A program made the position numbers and the translations under genes. From Candidatus Spyradenecus sp. (GTDB taxonomy: Bacteria > Verrucomicrobiota > Kiritimatiellia > RFP12 > DVOR01), in assembly GCA_045613865.1 (NCBI GenBank), contig JAZLBT010000020.1, forward strand, positions 10,661 through 74,660: a stretch of DNA of 64,000 nt, written 5' to 3'. The notes under the pieces were generated by a model. The model did not search any database and was not told the origin of the DNA. It was given only the letters and a program-made list of their open reading frames with translations. Numbering within the stretch: position 1 is the stretch's first letter; the number at the start of each line of letters is the position of its first letter. Of the stretch, positions 46,710 to 56,555 are shown piece by piece.

Positions 46710-48533
46710 TTACTTCCCTGCCGCCTTACGTTTTTCGAGCGCGGGTTCGCCGATAATAGCCTTAATACGGCGAACTCCTGCTGAGGAGCTTTCTTCCTTC
46801 AAAATCTTAAAGGCAACAAGCTCCGATGTATTTTGAGCGTGAGGACCACCACAAACTTCCTTTGAGAAGTCGCCCATGGTATAAACCTTCACCTGCTCGC
46901 CATACTTTGCAGTAAAGAGTGCAGTCGCACCTGCAGCCTTTGCTTCTTCAATCGTCATCGTATCACAGGTGATTGCCGATGCACGCTGAATTTCTGCATT
47001 AACAATATCTTCCACTTGGTCTAATTGTTCACGAGTCATCTTTTCTCCATGCGAGAAGTCGAAACGCAAACGTTCAGGTGTGATATTTGAACCCTTCTGA
47101 TTTGCATGTTCGCCAAGAACAATCTTAAGCGCCTTATGCAACAAGTGTGTTGCGGTGTGCAAACGTGTTGTTTGTTCAGAATGATCAGCCAAGCCGCCCT
47201 TAAAGACACCTTCACCCTGCTTTGAAGCTTCCTTGTGCTTTGCTTCAGCCTTCTGGAAACCATCAATATCAACCGTCATACCTCGTTCAGAAGCGAGTTC
47301 TTGGGTCAATTCCAAGGGGAAGCCGTATGTGTCATAAAGCTTAAATGCAGTCTTACCCGAAATTTGTGTCTGGCCATGTTCTGCCATAACGCCAGCAACC
47401 TTTTCAAATTCGTGACGACCTTGTGTCAACGTCTTAGCAAAACGATTCTCTTCAGCCGTCAATTCAGAAACGATTAACTCACGCTTTTCAAGCAAATCTG
47501 GATAGAAGCCCTTATAGGTGCCAATAACGATATCTGCCATCGTTGCTGTAAAGCCTGCAGGCAAGCCAAGGTCCATTCCGTAACGAACCGCACGACGAAT
47601 CAAACGACGCAAGACATAATTTGCACCCACATTACCGGGCTTTACGCCACCCTTAGGATCACCCAAAATAATTGTGGCTGTACGCATGTGGTCAGCGATA
47701 ATACGCTCTGCACGCGTACGCTTCTCTTCAGGCAATTCAACCGTTGCAAGCTCGCGAATCTTCTCCAATAACGGCAAGAACAATTCCGACTCATAAACGG
47801 TCTTATAACCATTAATCATGCAAATCGTACGTTCGACACCCATGCCCGTATCAACATTGTGCTGTGCGAGCGGTTCGTAGGTGCCATCTGCAGTCTTGTT
47901 ATACTGCATGAAAACGTCATTCCAAATCTCAATATACTTACCGCAACCACAACCGGGCGAACAAGTTTCAGAACAAGGCTCTTTACCTGTATCAACAAAC
48001 ATTTCGGTATCAGGACCACAAGGACCCGTTTGACCAGCAGGTCCCCACCAATTGTCTTCGCGACCCTTTGGATAAATATGGTCTTCCGCAACACCCTGTG
48101 CCTTCCAATAGGCAATCGCCTCTTCATCACGCGGAATGCCGGGTTCACCTTCAAAAACAGTAACTGAAATTTGCTGCGGATCAAAACCAAGGTGCTTCGT
48201 CAAAAATTCAAAGCTCCATTCAATAGCTTCCTTCTTGAAGTAATCGCCCAACGACCAATTACCAAGCATCTCAAAGAAGGTTAAGTGCGCGCTATCACCA
48301 ACCGCTTCAATATCACCCGTACGAACGCACTTCTGCACGTCCGTCAAACGCGTACCCGCAGGATGCTTCTCACCCAACAAATAAGGCACAAGGGGATGCA
48401 TACCCGCAGTTGTGAAAAGAACCGTCGGATCATTTTCGGGAATTACAGATGCACCCGAGATAATGGTATGACCTTTAGATTCAAAAAACTTCAAATACAT
48501 TTCACGCAAAGCGTCAGCGGTTAACTTAGCCAT
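46710..48533 (-). CDS. alaS: Alanine--tRNA ligase, short form lacking the C-Ala domain
   Basis: Class II catalytic core (FTTAGMHP), and an editing domain with HTATHLLH and CGGPH. It ends at 607 aa shortly after GVRRIKAI. Confidence 0.9.
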   Translation of the reverse strand: MAKLTADALREMYLKFFESKGHTIISGASVIPENDPTVLFTTAGMHPLVPYLLGEKHPAGTRLTDVQKCVRTGDIEAVGDSAHLTFFEMLGNWSLGDYFKKEAIEWSFEFLTKHLGFDPQQISVTVFEGEPGIPRDEEAIAYWKAQGVAEDHIYPKGREDNWWGPAGQTGPCGPDTEMFVDTGKEPCSETCSPGCGCGKYIEIWNDVFMQYNKTADGTYEPLAQHNVDTGMGVERTICMINGYKTVYESELFLPLLEKIRELATVELPEEKRTRAERIIADHMRTATIILGDPKGGVKPGNVGANYVLRRLIRRAVRYGMDLGLPAGFTATMADIVIGTYKGFYPDLLEKRELIVSELTAEENRFAKTLTQGRHEFEKVAGVMAEHGQTQISGKTAFKLYDTYGFPLELTQELASERGMTVDIDGFQKAEAKHKEASKQGEGVFKGGLADHSEQTTRLHTATHLLHKALKIVLGEHANQKGSNITPERLRFDFSHGEKMTREQLDQVEDIVNAEIQRASAITCDTMTIEEAKAAGATALFTAKYGEQVKVYTMGDFSKEVCGGPHAQNTSELVAFKILKEESSSAGVRRIKAIIGEPALEKRKAAGK

Positions 48534-48711
48534 AGCTATACTCCTTAAATATAAACGCGCAATACTATATCAAAAACCCCGACCAAAATGCAAGCCATTC
48601 TCTCTTCTCAATATGGATATTTAATATTAACGAATGAATGACAACACGAGGAGAATAAAAAGAAAGAGCCCAAGCATTGCCTGAGCCCTTCTTCATCTCT
48701 TTCAACCTCGT

Positions 48712-49818
48712 TTAGTTGAGGTAGAAGACTTCATCGCCAACTGCGACATCCTTAAGCTTACCTTCAACAGGAATTTCGCAATAAACAGCCTTCGGCAACT
48801 TGACCAATGTCTGGAGGCGAATGATTGCCTTGTAACCATTGTCAATGTCAACACCTTCCGACTTGACATAGAATTCGAGTTTCGGAAGGACGCGATTGCC
48901 TTCTTCACCAAAGATTTCAGTGTAGGCTTCATCAGTGAGTTGAATGATGCAGTAGTTGTACTTATTATTAACAGCAACAACCTTACCCTTAACACCTGCA
49001 ACCACATTCACACCCGTTGCGACTGTGCCTGCTTCGCCATTACTACCGCTCTGAATGCTCTCCTTGATGACACGACGAAGCTTTTCAATTTCAGCCTTAG
49101 CAGTATCGAGGTCTTCAACAGCCTTGTCAAGATCAGCTTGCATTGCTTCCTTTTCAGCATTTAGGCTTTCGATTTCGCCTTCCTTCGCAGCAACTTCATC
49201 CTGAAGTGCAGCCTTTTCACCTTCAAGTGTCGAAATCGTTGCATCACGTTCTGCAATCGTCTTAAGGGACTGACGTGCGTCAACCTTCACGCGATTGATT
49301 TCTGCAATAACATCTTCCAATTCCTTGCGTAAGAGTGGCAAGAATTCACGTGTCTTATTCAAACGATTCTTCTGATCCTTTGCAGCTTTGAGGACGTCTG
49401 CGAGCTTAACGCTAAGCGGTGCGCCATCCATCAACGGATTGCCGCGACCATCTAACAAAGGCTTACCTTCTGCATCAAGCACATAAACCTCTTTCAAAAG
49501 TTCAGTATCCACCTTCATCGAAGTTGTTGGAATTTCTTCGTATGCAGGCTTATACTGCGACCAAAAATCACCCTTATCTGGAGTAATATCCGCTGTTGCG
49601 AGCGAAACTTCAGTGACATCGCGTTCTTCATAAGATGCCGTATCTTCTGCAGGCTCTTCTGTTTCAAAAGTACGCGCGATTTCTCCAACGAAATTACGCA
49701 ATGCTTCATTACCATCAAGAAGTAACGTACGCTTCGCATCCAATTCCTTGGCGAACCATAATGCAATACCATTAATAACAAGGGTCAACGCGACCAATAA
49801 GCGAAAAACAATATTCAT
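48712..49818 (-). CDS. Membrane-anchored coiled-coil protein, function unknown
   Basis: N-terminal TM helix (IVFRLLVALTLVINGIALWF), a central Glu/Lys/Ala/Leu coiled-coil of about 120 aa, and a beta-rich C-terminal domain of about 100 aa. AGGA SD upstream. Confidence 0.55.
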   Translation of the reverse strand: MNIVFRLLVALTLVINGIALWFAKELDAKRTLLLDGNEALRNFVGEIARTFETEEPAEDTASYEERDVTEVSLATADITPDKGDFWSQYKPAYEEIPTTSMKVDTELLKEVYVLDAEGKPLLDGRGNPLMDGAPLSVKLADVLKAAKDQKNRLNKTREFLPLLRKELEDVIAEINRVKVDARQSLKTIAERDATISTLEGEKAALQDEVAAKEGEIESLNAEKEAMQADLDKAVEDLDTAKAEIEKLRRVIKESIQSGSNGEAGTVATGVNVVAGVKGKVVAVNNKYNYCIIQLTDEAYTEIFGEEGNRVLPKLEFYVKSEGVDIDNGYKAIIRLQTLVKLPKAVYCEIPVEGKLKDVAVGDEVFYLN

Positions 49819-49920
49819 GACTTATCCTCATTTATTGTTGCTATTTCTCACAACATTGAATAGTTTAGCTAAATATCAAAAAAGTTGCAAGCACGAAATA
49901 GAAAAAAACGTTTTTTTCTC

Positions 49921-50760
49921 TTACAAACAAATGTTATCAATCAAGCGAAGACCATTGCACCGACAGGCAATAAGAATTGCAGACTTCCCAGGAATGACCG
50001 TTTCTATCGCACTAAGTGTTTCTGCGTCAATAACATTTATATAGTCGGGCAACCATCCATGGACCACGACTTCATCGCAAATTGCCGCTTCCAACACCGC
50101 GCTCTTACGTTCTCCCGCAAGGACGGATTTTTGAGCAGCAAAAAGCGCTCTCGAAATCGAAAGCGCATTTGTGCGCAATTCTGGTGTAAGATAAGCATTG
50201 CGCGAAGACATCGCTAGGCCGTCCTTTTCACGAACAATTGGCGCGCAAATAATCTCAATCGGATAATTTAAATCGCGAACCATACGCTTGATAACCGCAA
50301 CCTGTTGAAAGTCCTTTTGTCCAAAAACTGCAACATCGGGCTGAACAATGTTAAACAACTTTGCCACAACCGTGCAAACACCACGAAAATGAATCGGTCG
50401 TTGTGCTCCACAATAACCTTTTTCGAGCACAGTTTCATGGACCCATGTAGAAGCATCTGTCGCATAAAGAATCTCAGGCTTCGGCAAGAAAACCGCCGCC
50501 GCACCCGCAGCTTCACACTTCGCACAATCCACCGCCTCTGTACGGGGATAATTCGCGTAATCCTCATTGGGGGCAAATTGCGTCGGATTAACAAACACAC
50601 TCACCACCACAACATCGCACTTCGTTTGTGCAGCCTTAATCAACGAAATATGACCATCATGCAAATTACCCATCGTTGGCACGAAACCAACAATACGGCC
50701 CTGCTTCTTTTGCTCACGACTCCACTGATTTAAAGCTTCTGGAGAATCAAAAAGTTGCAT
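49921..50760 (-). CDS. panC: Pantoate--beta-alanine ligase
   Basis: PTMGNLHDGH HIGH-type motif. Start set to ATG 50760 with GGAGG 5 nt upstream; the track start at 50778 is a GTG abutting the metG stop. Confidence 0.9.
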   Translation of the reverse strand: MQLFDSPEALNQWSREQKKQGRIVGFVPTMGNLHDGHISLIKAAQTKCDVVVVSVFVNPTQFAPNEDYANYPRTEAVDCAKCEAAGAAAVFLPKPEILYATDASTWVHETVLEKGYCGAQRPIHFRGVCTVVAKLFNIVQPDVAVFGQKDFQQVAVIKRMVRDLNYPIEIICAPIVREKDGLAMSSRNAYLTPELRTNALSISRALFAAQKSVLAGERKSAVLEAAICDEVVVHGWLPDYINVIDAETLSAIETVIPGKSAILIACRCNGLRLIDNICL

Positions 50761-50778
50761 ATCAACCTCCACAAACAC

Positions 50779-52839
50779 TTAATGCAAACGTGCACCAGGT
50801 GTTGTCGGTGTTAATGGTTGCATCACGCGGAAAGTACCATCCGGATCTGTCGATGCAACAACCATACCCTCCGAAATGCCAAAGCGCATCTTACGTGGAG
50901 CGAGGTTCGCAACCATGACCACTTGCTTACCCATAAGATCTTCTGGAGAATAAGACTTACGAATACCAGCAAAAACCTGACGTGGCTTTTCCTCACCAAT
51001 ATCAAGAAGCAAACGCAACAACTTATCAGACCCTTCAACAGGCTCTGCATGAACAACCATTGCCACACGCAAGTCAACCTTCGCAAAGGTATCAAACTCT
51101 ATCGTATCTGCAAGCGGTTCTGGGAAAACAACTTCCGCTGGCTTCATTGCTTGCTGACGAACCGCCTTCTTTACATCCTTCTCAGAGACAGGCAATGTTT
51201 CTGGAACAACCGATGCTTCCACCATCGCCTGAACAGCCTTCGGATCAATACGCGTTGCAAGGTGTGTATACGCGCCAATCGTACAATTCTCAAGCGTACG
51301 TTCTGCATCAGCAAACATATAAGAACCTTCACCCAAAAGCGCCTCTACCTTCTCTGCATAGACGGGAAGAACGGGCTTCAAGCAGATGGCCATCAAACGG
51401 AAGAGGTTTAACGTACCTGTAAGAACAGCACGCGTTGCATCAACATCTTCCTTCACCAACTTCCAAGGCGCCTTCGCGTCAAAGAGCTGATTCGCCTTAT
51501 CCGCCCATTCACGTACAATGACCATCGCACGACAGAAGTCACGACGTTCATACGCATTCAACACCTCTGGCATCTGAGCACGGCATGCTTCCAAGAGCGC
51601 ACGACTGTCATCATCCATAACGCTCAATGTGCCACCACACGACTTCGCAATCATTTGTGCACCACGTGAAGCAAGATTCGTGATCTTACCAACAAGGTCA
51701 GAATTTACACGTTCAGCAAAATCCTTTAAGTTAAGATCGAGGTCATCCGTCGTGCCATTCAACTTACAAGCATAGTAGAAACGCAATGCTTGTGCAGGCA
51801 AATGCTTCAAGTATGTCGCAGCAGAGATAAAGGTTCCCTTACTCTTACTCATCTTCTCGCCATTCACTTGCAAAAAGCCGTGAACAAAGACATTCGACGG
51901 TGTTTGGAACCCAGCATTATGCAAGAGCGACGGCCAGAAGAGACAGTGGAAACGAACAATATCCTTACCAATGAAGTGATAAATCTCTGCCTTCGGATCC
52001 TGCCACCAAGCCTCTAAACTCTCGCCACGTTTCTTTGCCCAGCGCTCCAACGTTGCCATATAGTTAATCGGAGCGTCCAACCAAACATAGAAATACTTAT
52101 CTTCGTAACCAGGAATTTTAAAGCCGAAATAAGGCGCATCACGCGAAATATTCCATCCGCGTAACGGCTCATTAAACCACTCAAGCAACTTCTTTGCAAT
52201 TCCTGTATCCGTATGCGCAGGCACCCATTCCTTCAAGAACTCTCGGAAAGGTTCCAACTCAATAAAGAGCTGCTCACTTCCGCGACGCATAGGAGGCTTA
52301 CCACAAATCGCACAACGCGGCTCAACCAATTCAAACGCATCATAGGTCGCGCCACACTTATCGCAGTTATCGCCATACTGATCGGGAGCACCGCACTTTG
52401 GGCACGTCCCCTTCACAAAACGATCGGGGAGGAACATCCCATCATGCTCACAATACTGCTGATCAACAATACGCGAAGAAATAAGCCCCTTCTCCTTCAA
52501 ACGCAAATAAATCGTCTCAGAGAGAACGCGATTTTCCTCTACATTTGTCGAGCCATACTCATCAAAGAAAACTTCAAAATTTGCGAAATCTTGCGTATGT
52601 TCAGCATACGTGCGATCAATCAACTGCTCGGGCGTCATTCCCTCTTTACGCGCACGAATCATGATTGGCGTACCATGTGTATCATCTGCACACACATAAA
52701 CACAATCATTTCCCATCATACGCTGATAACGCGCCCAGAAATCCGTTTGAAGATATTCCACCATATGCCCCAAATGCAAAGCACCATTCGCATAAGGGAG
52801 AGCACTCGTAACAATAATTTTACGCTTTTCCACAATCAA
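50779..52839 (-). CDS. metG: Methionine--tRNA ligase with a C-terminal tRNA-binding domain
   Basis: HIGH-type motif ALHLGH, KMSKS motif, a Zn knuckle (CPKCG, CDKCG), and a C-terminal EMAP-II-like domain. Confidence 0.92.
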   Translation of the reverse strand: MIVEKRKIIVTSALPYANGALHLGHMVEYLQTDFWARYQRMMGNDCVYVCADDTHGTPIMIRARKEGMTPEQLIDRTYAEHTQDFANFEVFFDEYGSTNVEENRVLSETIYLRLKEKGLISSRIVDQQYCEHDGMFLPDRFVKGTCPKCGAPDQYGDNCDKCGATYDAFELVEPRCAICGKPPMRRGSEQLFIELEPFREFLKEWVPAHTDTGIAKKLLEWFNEPLRGWNISRDAPYFGFKIPGYEDKYFYVWLDAPINYMATLERWAKKRGESLEAWWQDPKAEIYHFIGKDIVRFHCLFWPSLLHNAGFQTPSNVFVHGFLQVNGEKMSKSKGTFISAATYLKHLPAQALRFYYACKLNGTTDDLDLNLKDFAERVNSDLVGKITNLASRGAQMIAKSCGGTLSVMDDDSRALLEACRAQMPEVLNAYERRDFCRAMVIVREWADKANQLFDAKAPWKLVKEDVDATRAVLTGTLNLFRLMAICLKPVLPVYAEKVEALLGEGSYMFADAERTLENCTIGAYTHLATRIDPKAVQAMVEASVVPETLPVSEKDVKKAVRQQAMKPAEVVFPEPLADTIEFDTFAKVDLRVAMVVHAEPVEGSDKLLRLLLDIGEEKPRQVFAGIRKSYSPEDLMGKQVVMVANLAPRKMRFGISEGMVVASTDPDGTFRVMQPLTPTTPGARLH

Positions 52840-52856
52840 ATCCTTCTCTTCAAACC

Positions 52857-54101
52857 TTACTTAAGACGCATCAAAGCGCCCATATTACAACGACTTTCTT
52901 CCGCCGCAAAAGCGATACGATGACTTTCAAGCGATGTGTCAAAAATATCAACATACGTTGCCTTATCACCCTGCGTCAACTGATAAACCAACTCGTCCAT
53001 CAAACCAAAGTCACCGCCACCATGGCCCGAACTCTGCGGTACGCCCGCTTCGAAAACACTATCCCAAAGTTCCGTTGTGCGCGTGTCAAAATGGTAAACC
53101 TTAATCGTGCGACCATCGCCATTAATTTCACCACGCGTGCCAAAAATCTGTGTTGTACGGCTACCGGTATACGTATAACTTTCCATCTGATGTGCGACCG
53201 TCACGCCACCTTCAAACTGCATGTTCACAATCTGATGATCAACGGCGTCATTATCACACGCATAGACGCAACGTCCATACGGCCCTTCGCGCAACATCTT
53301 CTCCATCGCAGCATCCGACTTATCAACAAAGGGATAACGATAGTCATGACGCTCCAAATAAATCTTACGTGCTGAATAAGGACATGCACGCTCAATCGCT
53401 GCCGGGCAATCCAAACAACGATCCGCCGCACCCTCTGGTCGATAAGCAGCCTTAAAGTGGAACGTATTACCAAAACTCGACAAGCCTTCACACTTCTTAC
53501 CCAACCACCAAACGAACTGATCAAAGTCGTGACAGCACTTCTGCAAGATCATGGGCGTTGCGCGCTTCGTATTTCCCCAATTACCACGACAGAAGCTATG
53601 CGCTGCGTGCATATAGGCAACGGGCTCAAGATGACGGATACTCACCACATCACCAATCGCCTTTGCATCGAGCAATGCCTTCATCTTACGGAAATAAACC
53701 GTATAACGCAACACATGCCCCAAAATCACCAAGCGATCCTGCTTCTCATGCACCTTCTTTGCGAGCATCTCACATTCTTCCCAAGTGCGCGCCATCGGCT
53801 TCTCGAGCAACAAATGATAACCGAGATCCAAGCATTTTAATGCAGGCTCCAAATGAATTGCATCAGGCATTGTAATGGCCATCACATCGCAATCTGGACG
53901 CGCTGCAACAGCCTCAGACCAATCCCCCCAAACAGCCTCTGCGGGAATATCGTGCATCTTCGCCATTGCCTGTGCAGCAATAGGATTAATATCTGCCACA
54001 CCCACAATCTTTACACGCTCTGGATAAGCCTTTGCATACGCAGCATACGTGCGACCACGATCGCCCGCACCTAAAACAACCATACGAATTGGCAACTGCA
54101 T
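52857..54101 (-). CDS. Gfo/Idh/MocA-family oxidoreductase
   Basis: N-terminal Rossmann motif VVLGAGDRG and 414 aa, with the family-typical alpha/beta C-terminal domain. Confidence 0.75.
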   Translation of the reverse strand: MQLPIRMVVLGAGDRGRTYAAYAKAYPERVKIVGVADINPIAAQAMAKMHDIPAEAVWGDWSEAVAARPDCDVMAITMPDAIHLEPALKCLDLGYHLLLEKPMARTWEECEMLAKKVHEKQDRLVILGHVLRYTVYFRKMKALLDAKAIGDVVSIRHLEPVAYMHAAHSFCRGNWGNTKRATPMILQKCCHDFDQFVWWLGKKCEGLSSFGNTFHFKAAYRPEGAADRCLDCPAAIERACPYSARKIYLERHDYRYPFVDKSDAAMEKMLREGPYGRCVYACDNDAVDHQIVNMQFEGGVTVAHQMESYTYTGSRTTQIFGTRGEINGDGRTIKVYHFDTRTTELWDSVFEAGVPQSSGHGGGDFGLMDELVYQLTQGDKATYVDIFDTSLESHRIAFAAEESRCNMGALMRLK

Positions 54102-54133
54102 AACTCTCTCCTTAAAAATGAAAATCGTCTAAT

Positions 54134-54142
54134 AGTATAGCA
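54134..54142 (-). promoter_or_regulatory. Extended -10 promoter TGCTATACT of the oxidoreductase gene
   Basis: The minus strand reads TGCTATACT about 32 nt upstream of the ATG, with AAGGAGAGAG as the SD. Confidence 0.45.
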
Positions 54143-54201
54143 CAACTTCGCCAACATCTCACCTAGATTTATAAAAAGATATCCAAAACCACACCTTCAC
54201 C

Positions 54202-56538
54202 CTACCCTCGCGGCTTCAACGTCCGCCGTGAAGGCTCTGCCTGCGTTGGATCCTCAGGCCAATAATGCTTTGGATAACGACCTCTCAAATCCTTCCGAAC
54301 AATGGCATACCCCGTTGACCAAAAGGATGCCAAATCACTCGTCACCTGAACTGGTCGTTGTGCTGGCGAAAGGAGATGCAACACAATGGGCATCGTCCCC
54401 TTTGCAACACGCGGTGTCGCCGTCAAGCCAAACACCTCTTGAATCTTCACCGCAACATATGGTTGTTCCAAATCATAATGCACCCGCATCCGCGACCCAC
54501 TCGGCACAACAAAATGGCTTGGAGCCTCCTCCTCTAACACCTGTAACGAACATCCCGCTGACGTCACCAACAACTGCAACGCTTGAAGCAACGACAAACT
54601 CGGGCTCTCTGCTAGCACCTCAATCAACGATGCTTCATCAAGCGCAGGCCACCCTTCCTCTGGCAACACACGATGCAAGAACCGAATCCGCTCCGCCAAC
54701 GCATGCTCCGCCTTTCCCCACGGCAACCCAACATGCGTAAGCCGACACCGTTCCGCCTCAACACGCGCCTCTGCTGGCACCTCCTTCAATGGACGTTGCT
54801 TCAACACGATCGCACCAATACACGTCTCCTCTGCCGCAATCAAACGTCCGCGCACCTTATCCCATTCAATTCGCGTACGCACCACCTGCTGACACAACTG
54901 TAAATCATCCTGCGAGAGCGGCACCGCCCAACGAATTATCGCCTCCCCAACGCCATCACTCATACGTACAGCAAGCAACCACTCCGACTGCAATCCCACC
55001 GCCTCCTCTGGCAACAGCGCACCAAAGCCAGCCGCAAGCAAATAACGACCACTCTTTCGATCCCGTTGACGCGCAAGATGCTCAGGAAATGCCCACAACA
55101 AATACCGCACCAACGCATCCACCGACAATCGCGGCACGGGCACCTGTCCGGCCCATCGTTCCGCCAACTGCCAAATCTCACGCGGACGCGTTCTTAACAC
55201 ACACTCCACCACGCGACGAAAATCGGTCAATCGCCGTAAGACCGCCACCTTCTCACCCTCTGCACAAATCGCAGCAAGCAACGCACCCCCTGCACGATCA
55301 ACCGAGCGCATCCGCAACATCATTGCAACCAACGCTGGTGGCGCAGGATAACGTACCATCTCACGACCAAGCGCAGTCAAACGCCCCGCCTCATCACACG
55401 CACCCAACGCCTGCAACGCACCCTTCGCCCGCGCCCATGCCGACGGTGGCGGAGGCGTCAACCACTGCAAGTCACTCCCCCATGCCGCACATAACAACGC
55501 CACCTGCGTCAAATCCGTATCCAAAATCTCCGGTTGCGCCACCTTCGTGAACGTCAACTCTTCTCCAGGCGTCCACAAACGATAACACACCCCCTCACAC
55601 AAACGACCCGCACGTCCCGTACGCTGAACCGCACGATCCAACGAAACCCGTTGCGTCACCAACCGCGTCAAACCATTCCGAGAAGAGAACCGAGGCACAC
55701 GTGCTAGCCCCGTATCCACCACCACACGAATCCCCTCAATCGTCAACGCACTCTCTGCAATCGACGTCGCAAGTACAACCTTCCGCTCTCCTGCACGCGG
55801 AGGCGCCACAGCACGATCCTGAGCCTCCTTCTCCCGACTCGCAGACAAAGGTGCCACGCACACATTCGCGGGCAAATCCAAGCCCTCAAGCGCCTCTGCC
55901 ACACTCTGAATCTCACCCTCTCCAGGGAGAAAACACAAAATCGACCCTTCCTCCTCCCGAAGCGCACGCTGAATTGCCGCCACAGGAGAAATATCCCCCA
56001 AATAACGCACCTCGACAGGAAACGCACGCGCCGGCACCTCAACGTAACAAGCCCCCGGCAAAACCTCCGTGTCAATCGTTGCCGACATCACCAAAAGACG
56101 TAAATCCGGCCGAAGTCCCTCACGCACCTCCCGCGCTAGGGCAAACGAGACATCCAACGCAAGCGAACGCTCATGAAACTCATCAAAAATAATCAATCCC
56201 ACATCCGCCATCTCGGGATCTTCTAGGAGACGACGCGCAAGTAACCCTTCCGTCAAAAACTCAATCTGTGTCTCCGGCCCAATACACCGTTCTCCACGCA
56301 CCTGCCAACCCACCGAGGCCCCAACAGGCTCACCCAACAACTCCGCAATAAACTGTGCTGCACGCCGCGCGGCCAAACGGCGCGGCTCAAGCACCAAAAT
56401 CTTCCGTCCCTCAAGCCACGATGCCGACCGCAACGCAAGCGGCACCCGCGTCGTCTTACCTGTTCCAGGAGGCGCAGAAAAAACCGTCAGTTCATTTCGT
56501 TCCAACGCAGATGAAAGCGATGATAAATCCAACGCCAT
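54202..56538 (-). CDS. hrpB: ATP-dependent RNA helicase HrpB (DEAH-box)
   Basis: 778 aa with motif I PPGTGKTT, motif II DEFHER, helicase C and HA2-like regions, and an HrpB C-terminal domain. Confidence 0.85.
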   Translation of the reverse strand: MALDLSSLSSALERNELTVFSAPPGTGKTTRVPLALRSASWLEGRKILVLEPRRLAARRAAQFIAELLGEPVGASVGWQVRGERCIGPETQIEFLTEGLLARRLLEDPEMADVGLIIFDEFHERSLALDVSFALAREVREGLRPDLRLLVMSATIDTEVLPGACYVEVPARAFPVEVRYLGDISPVAAIQRALREEEGSILCFLPGEGEIQSVAEALEGLDLPANVCVAPLSASREKEAQDRAVAPPRAGERKVVLATSIAESALTIEGIRVVVDTGLARVPRFSSRNGLTRLVTQRVSLDRAVQRTGRAGRLCEGVCYRLWTPGEELTFTKVAQPEILDTDLTQVALLCAAWGSDLQWLTPPPPSAWARAKGALQALGACDEAGRLTALGREMVRYPAPPALVAMMLRMRSVDRAGGALLAAICAEGEKVAVLRRLTDFRRVVECVLRTRPREIWQLAERWAGQVPVPRLSVDALVRYLLWAFPEHLARQRDRKSGRYLLAAGFGALLPEEAVGLQSEWLLAVRMSDGVGEAIIRWAVPLSQDDLQLCQQVVRTRIEWDKVRGRLIAAEETCIGAIVLKQRPLKEVPAEARVEAERCRLTHVGLPWGKAEHALAERIRFLHRVLPEEGWPALDEASLIEVLAESPSLSLLQALQLLVTSAGCSLQVLEEEAPSHFVVPSGSRMRVHYDLEQPYVAVKIQEVFGLTATPRVAKGTMPIVLHLLSPAQRPVQVTSDLASFWSTGYAIVRKDLRGRYPKHYWPEDPTQAEPSRRTLKPRG

Positions 56539-56555
56539 ACAATGCCACCCACGCC

